A stretch of DNA of 64,000 bases from an uncultured Chloroflexia bacterium. Its GTDB lineage: Bacteria; Chloroflexota; Anaerolineae; Anaerolineales; UBA4823. The position numbers and the translations under genes were made by a program. The notes under the pieces were generated by a model. It made no database searches. It saw only the letters and a list, made by a program, of their open reading frames with translations, and was not told the origin of the DNA. The stretch is from assembly GCA_963714425.1 (NCBI GenBank), contig CAVQOI010000006.1, positions 99,629 to 163,628 on the forward strand. The letters are read 5' to 3'. Below are positions 20,101-29,071 of the stretch, piece by piece (position 1 is the first letter of the stretch; each line of letters begins with the position of its first letter).

Positions 20101-21316
20101 AATCTGCGATTGCCAGGGTATACCCGCCAGACTGGCTGGTTGGCGGAGGTGCAAACAGACTCAGACCACCCAGGCTCAAGAATATCACCATGCCCACTAC
20201 CAACAAGAAGACCGCTCCGGCTGTCAGCCCTCCCCAGCGCGGTATCTTCCGCAAGGTTGCAAGCGTCTCATGCACCAGGCCCTTGCCTTCTGCTGCCAAT
20301 TCAGGGAGCGGGACCTGCGAGTTCTGCGAGGTCTGGGGGGAGGTGGGACCATGTGCCTGCGATGGGAATTCCGTTGAGACCGTCTTGATCGCCGGCTCTG
20401 GGGCACGGATTTCCAGCGAACTATCGACCTCAGTCGCCCCTTCAAGGACGATGGGTTTGGGTTCTTCCGCCTCGAGATCGACATCCAACCCTCTGAGAGC
20501 CCGGTCAAACGATCCGGCGAACTGGCTCAGGGTTGGGTAACGCTTGGAGGGGTCTTTGTGGAGGGCGCGCAGCAAAACTGCCTCGGCTGCCAGCGGCAGG
20601 TTGGGGTTTAGCCCGCGCGGAGCGGGTGGATCTTCAGTGAGGTGCTTCATCAAGAGCGCAGTTGCCGTCTCCCCGATGAATGGCACCCGCCCTGTTACCA
20701 TTTCATACGCCATAATGCCCAGCGAATACTGGTCGCTTCGCCCATCCACGCTCTTGCCTGACGCCTGCTCGGGCGACATGTAAGCCGGTGTGCCAATCAC
20801 GCCGCCGGTCATGCTGATCTGCATTGATTCATGCAGCAGTTTGACGATGCCAAAATCGCTGATCACCGGCTCATCCTGGCTGGTGAACAGGATGTTTGCG
20901 GGTTTGATATCCCGGTGCACGGCCCCATGCGTGTGGGCATAATCCAGCCCTTCCGCTAGGGAAATTATGTTCTGCGCCACTAAGCCAAGCTCAGCCAGCT
21001 GGCCCTGGCGGAGCTGCTCCGCCAGGCGGTCTTTAAGCGTCCCGCCTTCCAGGTATTCCATGACCATGAAAGGCTGGTCGTTAAAGATGTCAAAATCGTA
21101 CAGGCGCACGATGTGAGGATGGCGCAGTGCAGCCACCAGGCGGGCTTCCTGGCGGAAGCGGTCGGCGAAACCGCTCTCCTGCGCCAGGTGTGGGTGGATA
21201 ACCTTGATCGCCACTCGGCGCTCCAATAATTCATCCGCCGCTTCGTATACAGCTGCCATTCCCCCGCTGCCCAGCGAGCGGATGACGGTATATTTGCCGA
21301 AGGTTGTGGGCTTCAT
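17162..21316 (-). CDS. Ser/Thr protein kinase - TM - extracytoplasmic domain - long TPR array
   Basis: Hanks kinase motifs (GSGGMAAVY, VAIK, HRDIKPANILF, DFGIVK, GTPAYMSPEQ). One TM helix (AVFLLVVGMVIFLSLGG). About 900 aa of TPR-like repeats follow. Confidence 0.9.
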   Translation of the reverse strand: MKPTTFGKYTVIRSLGSGGMAAVYEAADELLERRVAIKVIHPHLAQESGFADRFRQEARLVAALRHPHIVRLYDFDIFNDQPFMVMEYLEGGTLKDRLAEQLRQGQLAELGLVAQNIISLAEGLDYAHTHGAVHRDIKPANILFTSQDEPVISDFGIVKLLHESMQISMTGGVIGTPAYMSPEQASGKSVDGRSDQYSLGIMAYEMVTGRVPFIGETATALLMKHLTEDPPAPRGLNPNLPLAAEAVLLRALHKDPSKRYPTLSQFAGSFDRALRGLDVDLEAEEPKPIVLEGATEVDSSLEIRAPEPAIKTVSTEFPSQAHGPTSPQTSQNSQVPLPELAAEGKGLVHETLATLRKIPRWGGLTAGAVFLLVVGMVIFLSLGGLSLFAPPPTSQSGGYTLAIADFDGSQASINVDFGRRIFDQLESELSDLGGQVNVVRLGETYTDAELAKAAGKKLGAAILIWGWYDDLGVSPSIEMLEPAPTPATPGSNIFLQTAKAAGLAEAGGPAQVDLGDFFKYLRVPRMVDELNLFVENGPEQVAYITEAVLALAYQSQGDLETALILYDKALSKVAPPTSDNGTGGKQASPGAELVYMQRAVGLAQSNRFIEAVQDLETARALNPQLPEVYYNLAVLYPQVCSPAVRLEDAIAAAKQAATLQPNEPANHTLLAGLYSQSGQIDLAIQAAQAAVERDSQDEDALLMLASLYAASGQDAPAQSQYDQAIEVLQEQQSNQDVETAASLIALGDATLQAGKLDEAREAFLQAQELQPDLPDVHRGLGSIALQNGRLEDAVREFKSWSELEPENSSAFTLLGLAYLKLEDEQKTRQSFETAASLSPCDPDPHLLLGGYYWEQGNYEQAEAEFSVAAKLEPYAASSSYLLGVTQLLQDRNVEAQSALSQAISLDPKMSSARYALGSLYYEKGEFAQARDEFQRVAQDDPEDASARVSLGNAYEKLGEIDQAIAAYQQALSIQEDPNVHAYLGLIYSQRGETETAIHEYQQAIDGDPGMYVAHAGLGDALAANGDLEGAVESYRKALALQDSPELRSQVALLLARLGNVEEAILELEAATVSASENSLLLNQLAGLYSRVGRLQDAQGTYQALVDLNGDDPVGYLGLGQVAYKRCDLSDMAKNYSQAATLGASQALYFSLPASAYAAQGDYEQQAEVMASLLEKYPDDMLAHLVAAEFYLGNGQLQEAEDLLQTALESSSLPPVFQSLAHYDQGVIQLERGNLTAAEGELQLALQGYPSNAAAQTLLGDIALRRGDGEAALSAYEQAGKLLPEYGVNISGDYAELFVPLLEARSYLATSLSGDSSEPQLALDLAQKIVERAPQWAQAHFTLGWVYYAIGQADQANTEFQAAAACDASLEQAATRAKAELDKLP

Positions 21317-21409
21317 GAAAAGTCTGTGGCAAACATGCTCAATATTTTTCCTTGGATCTTCTTTAAGAGCCTCAACGTACTTCCTACCGGCAGCAGGAAA
21401 TCTGTGTTC

Positions 21410-23113
21410 TCATCGAGGCCCCCTCTTCATTTTTCTTAATTCTAATTTCAGGCGTACTTTGACATCGTTATCCACGAAAAGCGAGCCGTGGTGTTGTTGC
21501 ACGGGATGGATTTCTGAGCCTTCCATCACAGTGCTGTGCTCTGGCACAGTGGCATCGCCGCACTCCTGTGCGACCAGATTGAGCTTGGTCCACTCTCCGG
21601 AGTTGCTGCGCTCGACGTTAATGCGCCCTATTGTCTTGAGCCCATAGCCAAAGACGGAAATCGAGGGGATGCTGACCCGCTTGCCCAGCTCTTTGCGGAA
21701 CTGGCGCGCCTGGCGCAGCAGCGGAAGGCTGTCTTCAGGAAGCCAGCCCTCGTCGTCCAGGACATGGACGGGTTTGCCCTGCTGGTCGAAGACACAGTCG
21801 TAAACCGGCAGGATCTGGTACGTCGAAGGGAAGGAGATCAGCACGCTGCGCAGGCGGTCGCCAAGCATACCAAAGGGCAACAAGTCTGCCTTCATGGCTA
21901 CGTTGGCGATCGCCTTGGGCACACCGTAGTGCGGGCCGCCCAGGAGGATCACGCGCTCTACTTTTTTCTTTCCACCTAGACGTTCGATATAATAGCGGCT
22001 GACCAGGCAGCCTAAGCTGTGGGCGATCAGCACAACCGGGCCAGGCTGCTTCCAGGCTTCGATTGTTTCTGCCAGGCGCTGGGCAGCCAGGCGCACGTCC
22101 AGCCGCCAATCGTAAGCAAACTCAAGCAAGTCATCATTGAGCTTGTACCCCAGGCTCTCCACCAGGAACTCACTCATGCGCCCATATGTATCGAGTTTAA
22201 TCAAATTTGGCACGATGACCACTTCGCTGACGATGTTGCGCGCCTCGATGGGTGCCTCATCCGGTAGGGCTAGTACTTCTGGATCGCTGAATAACTTGCG
22301 CACGTTAGGCCATATGCGCTCTTCCCCAATCCACAGCTCCGATCCCATCAATCCTGGGACGAACACGACAGGTGGGTGGGCAGTCGCAACCTGAGCTGCA
22401 GCTGCGTCCACTATGGTTAGATCATCTGGGCGGATCGCTTCTTTAAACACAAGCTGGGCAGGACCAATCCGGACGGTATCCCCATTCTCCAGCCTGGTTT
22501 CAGAGATCATAGTTGATCCCATCCAGGTGCCGTTCGTGCTGCCCAGATCGCGTATCACCACCCCGCTGTCCCGGCGCTCGATTTGGGCATGTTTGCGAGA
22601 CGCTTTTACATGGTCGATGACGATATCGTTCTCCAGGCCGCGACCGATGGTCAGGCGGTCCTGGATCAAGGGTAACTCCCAGGTTTTTTCGGGAGTGTGG
22701 ATCACCACGCGCGCCCGGCTGGTGTCGTTGATCGTCATGGCGACCGACTCCTGGGCAATGGTTTGCTCCAGCTCGTTCATGGTATCGATCGAGACCAGGT
22801 CGAGTTCCTGGGTCTGGTGCGGCACCTCGTAGCGCAAGACGCTGTTGCCAATCCGGATGACATCCCCGGGAGAGAGCAGCGCACGCGTGACGCGCTCGCC
22901 ATTCACCTGGATGCCGTTGGCAGACTCCAGGTCTACCAGGGCGGCACCTTCCTGGCTGTTCTCCAACCTGGCGTGAGAACGGGAAACCTTGCTATCCATT
23001 AATAAAATATCACTGGACGGATCGCGCCCGATGTCGATTTGGGTTTTCGCCAGCTCGAAGGCTTGCTCGCTGCCGTCGGCAGCTGTTAATACCAGTTTTC
23101 CATACGCCTGCAT
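21410..23113 (-). CDS. FHA-FHA-alpha/beta-hydrolase (LCAT-family lipase/acyltransferase) fusion protein
   Basis: ATG 23113 follows a GAGGAGG RBS. There are two FHA cores (IGRDPSSDILLMDSKVSRSHARL...NGIQVNG and IGRGLENDIVIDHVKASRKHAQI...STNGTWMG). The C-terminal part has VFVPGLMGSELW, YDWR, an AHSLG elbow and GDATVP. Confidence 0.8.
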   Translation of the reverse strand: MQAYGKLVLTAADGSEQAFELAKTQIDIGRDPSSDILLMDSKVSRSHARLENSQEGAALVDLESANGIQVNGERVTRALLSPGDVIRIGNSVLRYEVPHQTQELDLVSIDTMNELEQTIAQESVAMTINDTSRARVVIHTPEKTWELPLIQDRLTIGRGLENDIVIDHVKASRKHAQIERRDSGVVIRDLGSTNGTWMGSTMISETRLENGDTVRIGPAQLVFKEAIRPDDLTIVDAAAAQVATAHPPVVFVPGLMGSELWIGEERIWPNVRKLFSDPEVLALPDEAPIEARNIVSEVVIVPNLIKLDTYGRMSEFLVESLGYKLNDDLLEFAYDWRLDVRLAAQRLAETIEAWKQPGPVVLIAHSLGCLVSRYYIERLGGKKKVERVILLGGPHYGVPKAIANVAMKADLLPFGMLGDRLRSVLISFPSTYQILPVYDCVFDQQGKPVHVLDDEGWLPEDSLPLLRQARQFRKELGKRVSIPSISVFGYGLKTIGRINVERSNSGEWTKLNLVAQECGDATVPEHSTVMEGSEIHPVQQHHGSLFVDNDVKVRLKLELRKMKRGPR

Positions 23114-23302
23114 GGGATCCTCCTCAGTATCAATCTCTAGAAGGGGTGGTGGGGTGGCATGGGAGGAGAGTGCCCACAACGCAAACCCCAAATTGCCCCG
23201 CTTTGTCGGGCGCTTGCAATAAGACGAATCTAAGTCTATTTTATCCGAAAATTACCAGATTTCTAGTGCGCTCTTGTGTTATGGCTTTCCGTGACGAAAT
23301 TG

Positions 23303-23331
23303 TTGACAAGACCCCTCGAATTTTATAAGAT
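23303..23331 (+). promoter_or_regulatory. sigma70-like promoter candidate for the KAP NTPase gene
   Basis: TTGACA (23303-23308), a 17-nt spacer, then TAAGAT (23326-23331), about 20 nt upstream of the ATG at 23350. Confidence 0.35.
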
Positions 23332-23349
23332 ATATATGGGAACCTACTA

Positions 23350-26300
23350 ATGGCCAGACCCAGTCCCGATCGCCCGACTACAGAAGACCGGCTGAATTTC
23401 CGCAGCTATGTTTTACCCATCACGCGCACCATCCGCGATGCCGCCCGCGCTGACCAGCTCCCGCTGACCATTGGCATCTTCGGTCGCTGGGGCTCGGGTA
23501 AGACCAGCCTGATGCGCATGGTGGAGCAGGAGCTGGGCCCCACGCCGGAGGAGCGCCGCATTTCCGACCAGCGCAGCCAGGCAGCCCAGCGCGCCTTGCG
23601 CTGGATGGTGCCCATCCTGATTGTGTGGCTGTTGCTGATCCTGGCTGGCTTGTTCTCGACCCTGGTTGCAGCGCTTTGGGTCCAGGCTTATACCGGGCTG
23701 GGTGACCTGCAGTCACAGGTGCTCTGGGCGTCAGCCATGTTTGGGGCGTTCGGGGGATGGGTAGCGGCGTTCTATGTTGTTTGGGCGCGCGCCGTTATTG
23801 AGCAAGACCTGGAACCCAAGTACATCCTGAACCTGGCGCTGCGTCCATTGACCGGTTTGTTGGCGGGCGTTCTGGTCTTTTTCCTGCTCTCAGGGGGTGA
23901 TAGCCTCTTTGCTTCTGCGCGTCTCGCTGGCCTGAATCGCACAGTCTACATTCTCCTCGCCTTTGTGAGCGGATTTTCTAATTGGCTTGATTTATTACTA
24001 TCCGCACGCTTATCACCCTGGATCGAGCGCCTGCGGAGGCGCAATGTCAAGCAGGCGAAGCAGGCGGTGGATCGCAAGGCGACTGCCCAACGTGTGGAAA
24101 CGCGTGGCGATTACCAGGTGATCTGGTTCAACGCCTGGAAGTTTGCTAATGAAGACGAACTGTGGGCGGCACTGCTCCAAGAGGTGCTGCGCCAGATCAA
24201 GGTCAAAGCCGTCGGGCGCGAGCGCTTGCGTATCAAGTGGCAGCTGTGGAAACGCAGTATCGACTGGAGCTCCGGTTTTCGCGATGTTGCCCGCAAGCTG
24301 TTGCCCGCCGCCGGCAAGACCCTGCTGGCAGCCGGATTCGCAACCCTGGGAGGTCTGGTGGCTGCCTGGGCGGTAAGCAGCCGCTATGGTGAGCAGATCG
24401 GGCAGACTGCCGGCGCGGTGGGAGCGGTGCTCACCGGGCTGTTACCGATATCAGCCTGGCTGCGAGCTAACCTCGTCACCCCGCTGGCTGACCTGGATTT
24501 AGATAAATATCGCAAGAAAGCCTCTTACAAGGATCACCTGACTTTCCTGGCAGAGTTCAGCAATGAGTTCCGCGGAATCGCCCGCATCGCCCGCGGCGAC
24601 GGCAACCCGCTGGTGCTCATGCTCGACGACCTGGACCGCTGCCTTCCGGAGCAAGCTGTCTCTGTTTTAGAGGCGATTAAGCTCTTCATCAGCGAGGATG
24701 CCCCCGTAGCCTTTATGATCGGCGCCGACCAGGAGTTCATTGAGCGCGCCATCGAGGTCAAGTACGAGAAGATGATTGCCCGCACAGATACCGACCCGGA
24801 ACGCCGCGAGCGCTTCGCCCGGTTGGGTAGGGAATACCTGGAGAAGATTGTGCAGCTCTCCTTCCACCTGCCGCCCATTGAAGAGGGCTTGATCGACAGC
24901 TTCATTGACGATGTTTTTAAAGACAACACCTGGGTGGTGGATCACTCCCACATCTTCGCCGCCGGTCTGCAGCCCAACCCGCGTCAGGTCTTGCGCGTGC
25001 TCAATATCTATAATTTTATGATCGAGCTGGCTCAGGAGAAGAAGTGGCTGTATGCCAAGATCATCCAGCCAGACGTGCTTGCCAAGGCGGTCGTGGTGCA
25101 GTACCGCTGGCCCGAATTATGGCGGAGGCTGGAGTCTCGCCTGGACTTGCTCGCCGCCATTGAGAAATTCTTCCGAGAGGGAGCCGTGCCCACCGATGCC
25201 GCTCTGGCCGCGATCGTCGAGACCTTCGCCAAAGAGGCAGACCTGCGCAATTTGCTGACCGTGAAAGAAAGTGGGTCGCTGGCGGGTGTGGACCTGCGCA
25301 AATATATATATCTCTCGGAGAGCACCCAAACCCGGCCTGAACAAGAAGAGAAACCCACACAGCCGCCTGAGAAAGTTCCGGTGAAACGGGTGCGGCGTAA
25401 AGCACCCACCCAGGAAGATGAAGCTGCCGAGAGTCTAAACGTCGCCCTTGAGAAAACCACTCAGGCGTTGGGAGAGGTCAACCGCCTGCGCCCAGCCTGG
25501 CGGCAGCTGGGAATTTCTCAAAGACGGATCACGACCTACGAGAATCGCCTTAAGCGCGCCCTTACAGACAAAGATCTGCAAGCAGCGCAGACCGCCCAAA
25601 GCGAATTCCAAAAGGTCCTGGAGACCTCCCAGGCAGGTCGCGTTCAGAAGATTGAGCAGCGACGGGTTGAGCTGCGTCAGAAGGTTAAAGAGCTGGGTTC
25701 GGGTGGCGCTGATTCGGCGCTGCTTGGCTTGATGGAGGATTATCTAGAGCGCGCCGCGAAAGCCATCGAAGCTAACGACCTGGAAATGGCAAGCGTGCAT
25801 CTTGAGGATGCCGAATCCCTGGCTGGCAGCGCCCAGGCAGACCTGGCAGCCCGCAAATCCGACGAAGTTGAACGAAAAATCGAAGCCAGGCTCTCCAAAG
25901 ATGGGCGTCTGGTCTTCGAGCGGGCGGTGACCTACCAGCCGGTGGAGATCCGCATGGAGATTCCCGGCAGAGAGAAAGACGGTGAGATCATCGCCTACTC
26001 CCCGCGTGGAGAGAACCGCTCTCCTGTGCCTGGGTTGCGTGGCCGCTTGTGGGACGTCAAGGACCGTATCTTGCAAGGCGAAGTCCCCGCAGAGGATAGC
26101 CACTGGTTGCGCGTACAGCTTGGAGAAGCTCTGCGCCCGGTGCTGCAGCTCGCCGATCCAGCGTCACCGGATAATTTCCGCTTGCGCCTGTCTTCGGTCA
26201 ACCAGACCATCGATGACCTGCCATGGGAGATGGCTCTTACCAGCGAAGGTCACGACCTGCCTCTGGGGCTAGACCCGCGCCTGGCGGTGGTGCGCGGCGC

Positions 26301-26877
26301 AGTCACGCCGACCAGTACCCCACCTCTGGATCTGGAGAGGCTGCAGCCGAAAATGCTGGTCTTCTACCTCGGTGCGGACGATAGCAGCCCGCTCACCCTG
26401 CTGCGCCAGATCCGCTTTCCCTTTGAGGTGCAATTCCTGTCTGGTTTGAAGCGTCCAGAGATCTACGCCATCTTTCAAAAGGAACGCCCAATCCTGGCGC
26501 ACTGGATCTCCGCCGAGGTGAGCACGAGGCAAACCGGAAAAGGCAGTACGGGAATAAACTTCAACGTCAGTGGTTTCGACGTTGAGATCGATCCGCGTGA
26601 TGCAGGGCTGATGGTATTTGATTTTCCTGGAGGTCAGGATATGGCGCGTGCATTGGTGGGGTATGGGATGCCTGCCGCGCTGTCCTGGCAATTGGGTGTC
26701 AATGATGCCGCCGCCGGTGCTTTCTACTATCCCTTCTACAACGCACTGCTGCGCTCCGGGCAGCCCGAGTTCGCCGTCACCGAAGGGCGGCGCGCCATAG
26801 CTGCCGCGCTGGGGGATGATTCACCCCTTGCCCTCTCGCCGGTGCTCTATTTGGCAGGTAGCGCTCAGCCGGCTTGA
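23350..26877 (+). CDS. KAP-family P-loop NTPase (TM-inserted) - coiled coil - CHAT-like C-terminal domain
   Basis: Walker A GRWGSGKTS. About 4+2 TM helices are inserted before and after VIWFNAWKF. Walker B is LVLMLDDLDRC. The middle is charged and coiled-coil. The C-terminus has FRLRLSS...DDLPWEMAL and ...AGAFYYPFYNALLRSGQPEFAVTEGRRAI, reminiscent of CHAT domains. Confidence 0.75.
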   Translation: MARPSPDRPTTEDRLNFRSYVLPITRTIRDAARADQLPLTIGIFGRWGSGKTSLMRMVEQELGPTPEERRISDQRSQAAQRALRWMVPILIVWLLLILAGLFSTLVAALWVQAYTGLGDLQSQVLWASAMFGAFGGWVAAFYVVWARAVIEQDLEPKYILNLALRPLTGLLAGVLVFFLLSGGDSLFASARLAGLNRTVYILLAFVSGFSNWLDLLLSARLSPWIERLRRRNVKQAKQAVDRKATAQRVETRGDYQVIWFNAWKFANEDELWAALLQEVLRQIKVKAVGRERLRIKWQLWKRSIDWSSGFRDVARKLLPAAGKTLLAAGFATLGGLVAAWAVSSRYGEQIGQTAGAVGAVLTGLLPISAWLRANLVTPLADLDLDKYRKKASYKDHLTFLAEFSNEFRGIARIARGDGNPLVLMLDDLDRCLPEQAVSVLEAIKLFISEDAPVAFMIGADQEFIERAIEVKYEKMIARTDTDPERRERFARLGREYLEKIVQLSFHLPPIEEGLIDSFIDDVFKDNTWVVDHSHIFAAGLQPNPRQVLRVLNIYNFMIELAQEKKWLYAKIIQPDVLAKAVVVQYRWPELWRRLESRLDLLAAIEKFFREGAVPTDAALAAIVETFAKEADLRNLLTVKESGSLAGVDLRKYIYLSESTQTRPEQEEKPTQPPEKVPVKRVRRKAPTQEDEAAESLNVALEKTTQALGEVNRLRPAWRQLGISQRRITTYENRLKRALTDKDLQAAQTAQSEFQKVLETSQAGRVQKIEQRRVELRQKVKELGSGGADSALLGLMEDYLERAAKAIEANDLEMASVHLEDAESLAGSAQADLAARKSDEVERKIEARLSKDGRLVFERAVTYQPVEIRMEIPGREKDGEIIAYSPRGENRSPVPGLRGRLWDVKDRILQGEVPAEDSHWLRVQLGEALRPVLQLADPASPDNFRLRLSSVNQTIDDLPWEMALTSEGHDLPLGLDPRLAVVRGAVTPTSTPPLDLERLQPKMLVFYLGADDSSPLTLLRQIRFPFEVQFLSGLKRPEIYAIFQKERPILAHWISAEVSTRQTGKGSTGINFNVSGFDVEIDPRDAGLMVFDFPGGQDMARALVGYGMPAALSWQLGVNDAAAGAFYYPFYNALLRSGQPEFAVTEGRRAIAAALGDDSPLALSPVLYLAGSAQPA

Positions 26878-27206
26878 TCTCCCGCCTGTGTAATCCCGTT
26901 AAGTTTATTTTTAGTAATATCTGTCACTTGCTTATTGTCTGAATATCATATATATATTTTTTAGCAACAATCCCCGCAATTCTTCTGCATCCCCATATTG
27001 TTGCTTAATGCCCTCCGGGCAGTTTTAAGCCCGATCAAATTACTGGTATGACAATATGCTACAACCGTAATAATGGAGAGGCCAGACGGATTGCGCCTTT
27101 CCTCAACTGATTCGCTGAAAGGAGGTGAGGGGTCCAGGACAGCATCCGAGATAATGGGGATAGTTTCTATATGGGTAAAACGAAATAGTAACGAGAGGAG
27201 ATAGCT

Positions 27207-29033
27207 ATGGCACTTGGAGGATATGCAGATCGTGTTGCTCGCATCGACTTGACAAAAGGTCAAGTCGCCTATGAGGCGATCCCAGATGAATGGAAGCGCA
27301 AATACATTGGTGGTCGCGGCGTGGGTGTGAAGTATGTATTTGATAATGGCCCGCAGGTCGATCCCCTTTCCCCTGATAACCTCCTTTGCTTTATGAATGG
27401 TCCCCTTACAGGGACAGAGGTCAACCTGAGCGGTCGTATGGCAGTGGTCACAAAATCGCCGCAAACAGGGACGGTTACAGATAGCCACCATGGCGGTTGG
27501 TCAGCTGCTCGTTTGCGTTGGGCTGGCTTCGATGGCTTGGTCTTTAAAGGCAAAGCCGAGAAACCCTCCTACGTCCTGGTTCAGAACGGCAAGGTGGAAA
27601 TACTGGATGCTTCGCTTTTGTGGGGCAAGGGCATCCACGAGACGGTCAAGTACTTCAAAGAGAAGTATGGCGAAAAGGACTTGAGCGTTATCGCGATTGG
27701 ACCGGCGGGCGAGAAGCTTAATCGCTTTGCTAATTGGATGAATGAGGATGATAGGGCTAGCGGGCGCGGAGGCACTGGCTGCGTTGGCGGAAGTAAACAT
27801 CTCAAAGCGATTGTGATCAAGGCTGAAAAGAAGATGCCCAAAGCGGTCAATAAGGAGCTTTGGAAAGAATCGCATGCAAAAGCCCTGGCAGAGCTCAGTG
27901 ATACCCGGGTGGTAACGTCGCCGCGTAAAGGTGGTTTATCGGTACTCGGCACAAACGTATTGATGAACATGGTTAATGTCATCGGCGCCATGCCTACGAA
28001 CAACTCAAAAACCACCTTTTTCCCAGAGCATGAGGCAATCAGCGGTGAGCGGATTAAAGAGACGATTCTGGTTAGTGATCCTACTTGCCATGCCTGCCCA
28101 GTAGCCTGTAAGAAGGAAGTGGAGATCAAGGAAGGCCCATTTGCTGGTCTACGAATGGAGAGCTTTGAGTATGAGCCCGCATGGGCGATAGGTGCTAATT
28201 GCGGTAATGATAATGCCCCGAGCGTCGCGAAAATCATTGACCAATGTAACGATTATGGCATGGACGCCATCGAAATGGGCAATGTGCTCTCGATGTACAT
28301 GGAAGCCAGCGAGAAAGGTTACCTCAATGGTAGCGATGGCTTGACGTGGGGGGATTATATGGGCATGGTGGCGCTTGTCGATAAAGTCGGTATGCGCGAG
28401 GGGATTGGTGATGTCCTGGCAGAGGGTACAGAGAGCGCAGCTAAGCATTTTGGGCATCCTGAGATCGCCATGACTGTGAAAGGAATGGCAATCCCTGCCT
28501 ATGATCCGCGTGGGATAAAAGGGATGGGTCTTGGGTACGCTACCAGCAACCGTGGTGCCTGTCACCTCCGAGCCTACACACCAGCTGCTGAAGTGGTCGG
28601 AAATGTGCTTGGTCCATCGACTATCACCGATCCACTGGAATGGAAAGGCAAAGGCAAGTTGGTTGTCATTTTCCAGCACGTCCACACTGTCACAGACTGC
28701 CTGGATGTGTGTAAATTTGCCACTTTTGCCGAGTCCTTGGATACCTTCGCGGCTCAGTTCGCTGCGGTCACGGGTATGGATGCCGATGCAGGCTATCTAC
28801 TGAAGGTAGGCGAGCGCGTCTGGAACCTGGAGCGTTACTACAATAACTTAAATGGTTTCAGGGAAGGGAGCGACTATCTTCCTGAGCGCTTCCTGAAAGA
28901 ACCCGCCACAGGGCCAGGATCTACTGGCCAGGTGTGTGAGCTCGATCAGATGCTGGAAGAGTACTATCAAGAGCGGGGCTGGGTCGACGGGGTTGTCCCG
29001 GAGACAAAGCTAAAGGAATTGGAGATTATTTAG
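27207..29033 (+). CDS. aor: aldehyde:ferredoxin oxidoreductase (tungstopterin AOR family)
   Basis: 608 aa. The N-terminus GYADRVARIDLTKGQVAYEAIPDEWKRKYIGGRGVGVKY and the overall length are typical of AOR. A gagaggag RBS is present. Confidence 0.9.
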   Translation: MALGGYADRVARIDLTKGQVAYEAIPDEWKRKYIGGRGVGVKYVFDNGPQVDPLSPDNLLCFMNGPLTGTEVNLSGRMAVVTKSPQTGTVTDSHHGGWSAARLRWAGFDGLVFKGKAEKPSYVLVQNGKVEILDASLLWGKGIHETVKYFKEKYGEKDLSVIAIGPAGEKLNRFANWMNEDDRASGRGGTGCVGGSKHLKAIVIKAEKKMPKAVNKELWKESHAKALAELSDTRVVTSPRKGGLSVLGTNVLMNMVNVIGAMPTNNSKTTFFPEHEAISGERIKETILVSDPTCHACPVACKKEVEIKEGPFAGLRMESFEYEPAWAIGANCGNDNAPSVAKIIDQCNDYGMDAIEMGNVLSMYMEASEKGYLNGSDGLTWGDYMGMVALVDKVGMREGIGDVLAEGTESAAKHFGHPEIAMTVKGMAIPAYDPRGIKGMGLGYATSNRGACHLRAYTPAAEVVGNVLGPSTITDPLEWKGKGKLVVIFQHVHTVTDCLDVCKFATFAESLDTFAAQFAAVTGMDADAGYLLKVGERVWNLERYYNNLNGFREGSDYLPERFLKEPATGPGSTGQVCELDQMLEEYYQERGWVDGVVPETKLKELEII

Positions 29034-29040
29034 AGAAAAG

Positions 29041-29068
29041 GGTCGGGCAAGTGATAACTTGCCCGACC
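29041..29068. terminator. bidirectional hairpin between convergent aor and moaD-like genes
   Basis: GGTCGGGCAAG-tgataa-CTTGCCCGACC followed by TTCTT. Confidence 0.55.
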
Positions 29069-29071
29069 TTC

